DNA from: an uncultured bacterium
GTDB lineage: Bacteria > JAJVIF01 > JAPKYR01
Assembly: GCA_965369865.1 (NCBI GenBank)
Contig: CBDURU010000070.1
Span: 1-18,682 of the forward strand
DNA: 18,682 nt
Reading direction: 5' to 3'
The notes beneath the pieces were generated by a model. It had not been told where the DNA came from. It made no database searches and was given only the letters and a program-made list of their open reading frames with translations. Position numbers and translations under genes: made by a program. Shown one piece after another: positions 16,993 to 18,682 of the stretch; position 1 is the first letter of the stretch; the number at the start of each line of letters is the position of its first letter.

Positions 16993-17031
16993 CGGGGATA
17001 GTGACAGAGAGCTTTCAGGGAATTATATTTC

Positions 17032-17071
17032 AAACGAGCGTCCGGACAGTCCGGGCGCTTGTTTTATTTTT
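17032..17071. terminator. Terminator between convergent genes
   Basis: AAACGAGCGTCCGGA-cag-TCCGGGCGCTTGTTT followed by a T-rich tail. Confidence 0.75.
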
Positions 17072-17090
17072 CAGGAATGTTGAGTTGAGA

Positions 17091-18479
17091 TTATTCAACA
17101 GGTGGCATGAGGCGGTAGATTCTCAGCGTCCACGCGCCAGCGTCCCACCAGCAGAGCTCCTGCGGCATAGAGCCGTCGATGTCGCCGATTGATAGGCGAC
17201 CAAATTCATTTGTTTCACCTGAATCAGTCATAAACGGTGTTACCTCAAGAGAACCATTGAAAACTTCTTCGCCTGAACCAAGATCAATAATTTGGATATT
17301 TCCATGATAGGCCCACAGCACCCAGCAGTCTCCCGGACCGATCTCAGGATCAGGATTCAGACGACCGATATCAGTAAAACCGTGCGAAATAAAATCAAAT
17401 GACTCGTGCCAAAGCACTGTATTACTGAGATTATCGTTTGGAATCATCTGCATGGCAACGTAATCATCCCTAAGTTTGAAACATCCAACCGGGACATCAT
17501 CAACGTTATAAATATGCCATTTGATTGGGGTTAACGATGGGAGATTATAAGTGTGCGTGTATTCTAATAGCTCCATATCGAAACCAAGTTCCTCAGGTGA
17601 AAAATTAGTGATATCACCATCGCCTGACATGAATGAAAACTCCACAATCACTTCTTCACCAGTACTGTAATCAACGTCGTACCAGATCGAACAACCCGAG
17701 TAATAATCATAAGCGAGTAGGTTACCCGGAGCTGAGTCATTTTCATAATCAGCAAATGGTTTTATTAACGTTGAATTTTCAAGATCAATTATATTTATAC
17801 CGTGGAGATAATAACCGTCGGGAAAGAAATCGGAAAAATAGCAGAACAATGTCTGGTATTCCCCTGGCTCGTTCAGGCAAACAAACGGAAATACATGAGG
17901 GTATCCTCTATAACGAGGAAACTGAACATCCTCAATTACATTAAATTCTGTATAATTAGATTGATCATCGTTGGCTTTTCTAACAAGGTGTTCAAACCGA
18001 TAAACCCGATTGTCAGGATCATAATCCGGACCACTATACAGCGAAAACCCGATAATGCCGTAGTCCTTTGATCCAGGAGAAAATATAGGGTAATAGCTAT
18101 TCAGGATTATACGATAATCCTGAGAATGTAAATATGATTCTACACGTCCGTAATAATTCCCATCAGGATAAAGCGGCCAGAAAAATACATTATTTAACAA
18201 GTGCTGTTCATTTCCAATCCCACTAGCTAAACCTGGATTAAGATTTATAAATACTGGAACATCCCATTCAGCATTGTAATAAACTATAAAATTCTTTGGA
18301 CTGTAATGGACCATTGGAAAACCTGTTGGTGTTCTGGTTGGCATCTCATAACTCTCGACCTCTACCAGTCGCCAGCCGGTGGCTTCATCAACGATCTCAG
18401 CTTGAGCGATTGCCGAGACTGAGAATATCTGCGCCAGTAAAAATACCAGCAGGCCTAAAATAAATTTTTGAATTTTCAT
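17091..18479 (-). CDS. Secreted hypothetical protein (aromatic/acidic; one FG-GAP-like GDIDG motif near the C-terminus)
   Basis: Start moved to ATG 18479 (MKIQKFILGLLVFLLAQIFSVSAIA-Q), after GGAGGAGAGG. Contains LSIGDIDGSMPQEL. Confidence 0.75.
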   Translation of the reverse strand: MKIQKFILGLLVFLLAQIFSVSAIAQAEIVDEATGWRLVEVESYEMPTRTPTGFPMVHYSPKNFIVYYNAEWDVPVFINLNPGLASGIGNEQHLLNNVFFWPLYPDGNYYGRVESYLHSQDYRIILNSYYPIFSPGSKDYGIIGFSLYSGPDYDPDNRVYRFEHLVRKANDDQSNYTEFNVIEDVQFPRYRGYPHVFPFVCLNEPGEYQTLFCYFSDFFPDGYYLHGINIIDLENSTLIKPFADYENDSAPGNLLAYDYYSGCSIWYDVDYSTGEEVIVEFSFMSGDGDITNFSPEELGFDMELLEYTHTYNLPSLTPIKWHIYNVDDVPVGCFKLRDDYVAMQMIPNDNLSNTVLWHESFDFISHGFTDIGRLNPDPEIGPGDCWVLWAYHGNIQIIDLGSGEEVFNGSLEVTPFMTDSGETNEFGRLSIGDIDGSMPQELCWWDAGAWTLRIYRLMPPVE

Positions 18480-18550
18480 ACCTCTCCTCCACTGGATGAG
18501 TCGATTATAGGAAAAATTAATCATTTTTAGCCCTCGAAAAAACAACAAAC

Positions 18551-18682
18551 CGTAGAACAGCACGATGATTTGTGGTTTTTCTGTAGACGCACTGCCGTGC
18601 TGTTCTACGGTGGTTTGTGGTTTTTCTGTAGACGCACTGCCGTGCTGTTCTACGGTGATTTGGGGTTGGTAGGTAGACGCAC
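18551..18682. repeat. Tandem 45-bp array of GTAG...CTAC REP-like palindromes, truncated at window end
   Basis: GTAGACGCACTGCCGTGCTGTTCTAC starts at 18583 and 18628, with a partial copy at 18673. An inverted half copy CGTAGAACAGCACG lies at 18551-18564. Confidence 0.85.

Noticed and set aside
18480..18563. N-terminal extension of ORF 17091..18563
   Set aside because: It starts in the REP array. The strong RBS and signal peptide point to ATG 18479.

Overview
Bacterial chromosomal window, probably from a diderm organism given the many signal-peptide and lipobox proteins. Core genes are a CPA2 cation:proton antiporter, secA, a BtuF/D/C-like (cobalamin or Fe-siderophore) ABC importer, an HD-GYP protein and several secreted or lipoprotein hypotheticals. 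Two AT-richer accessory patches flank secA. The first (about 3330-4390) holds a C-terminal IS1-family transposase remnant, an intact NYN/LabA (PIN-fold) nuclease gene preceded by a promoter and a small two-hairpin RNA ending in a terminator (a type III toxin-antitoxin-like layout), and two nested IS-end-like motifs. The second (about 7165-9310) holds a 229-bp segment closed by a perfect 16-bp inverted repeat, and an AT-rich secreted HEAT-repeat gene bracketed by 144-bp direct repeats that carry an extended -10 promoter, followed by an RHS/YD-repeat remnant. Intergenic DNA contains several unrelated families of REP-like palindromes, three of them in tandem arrays, with no cognate transposase in the window. 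No rRNA, tRNA or CRISPR array was found. All family assignments come from motif recognition by eye; no searches were run.
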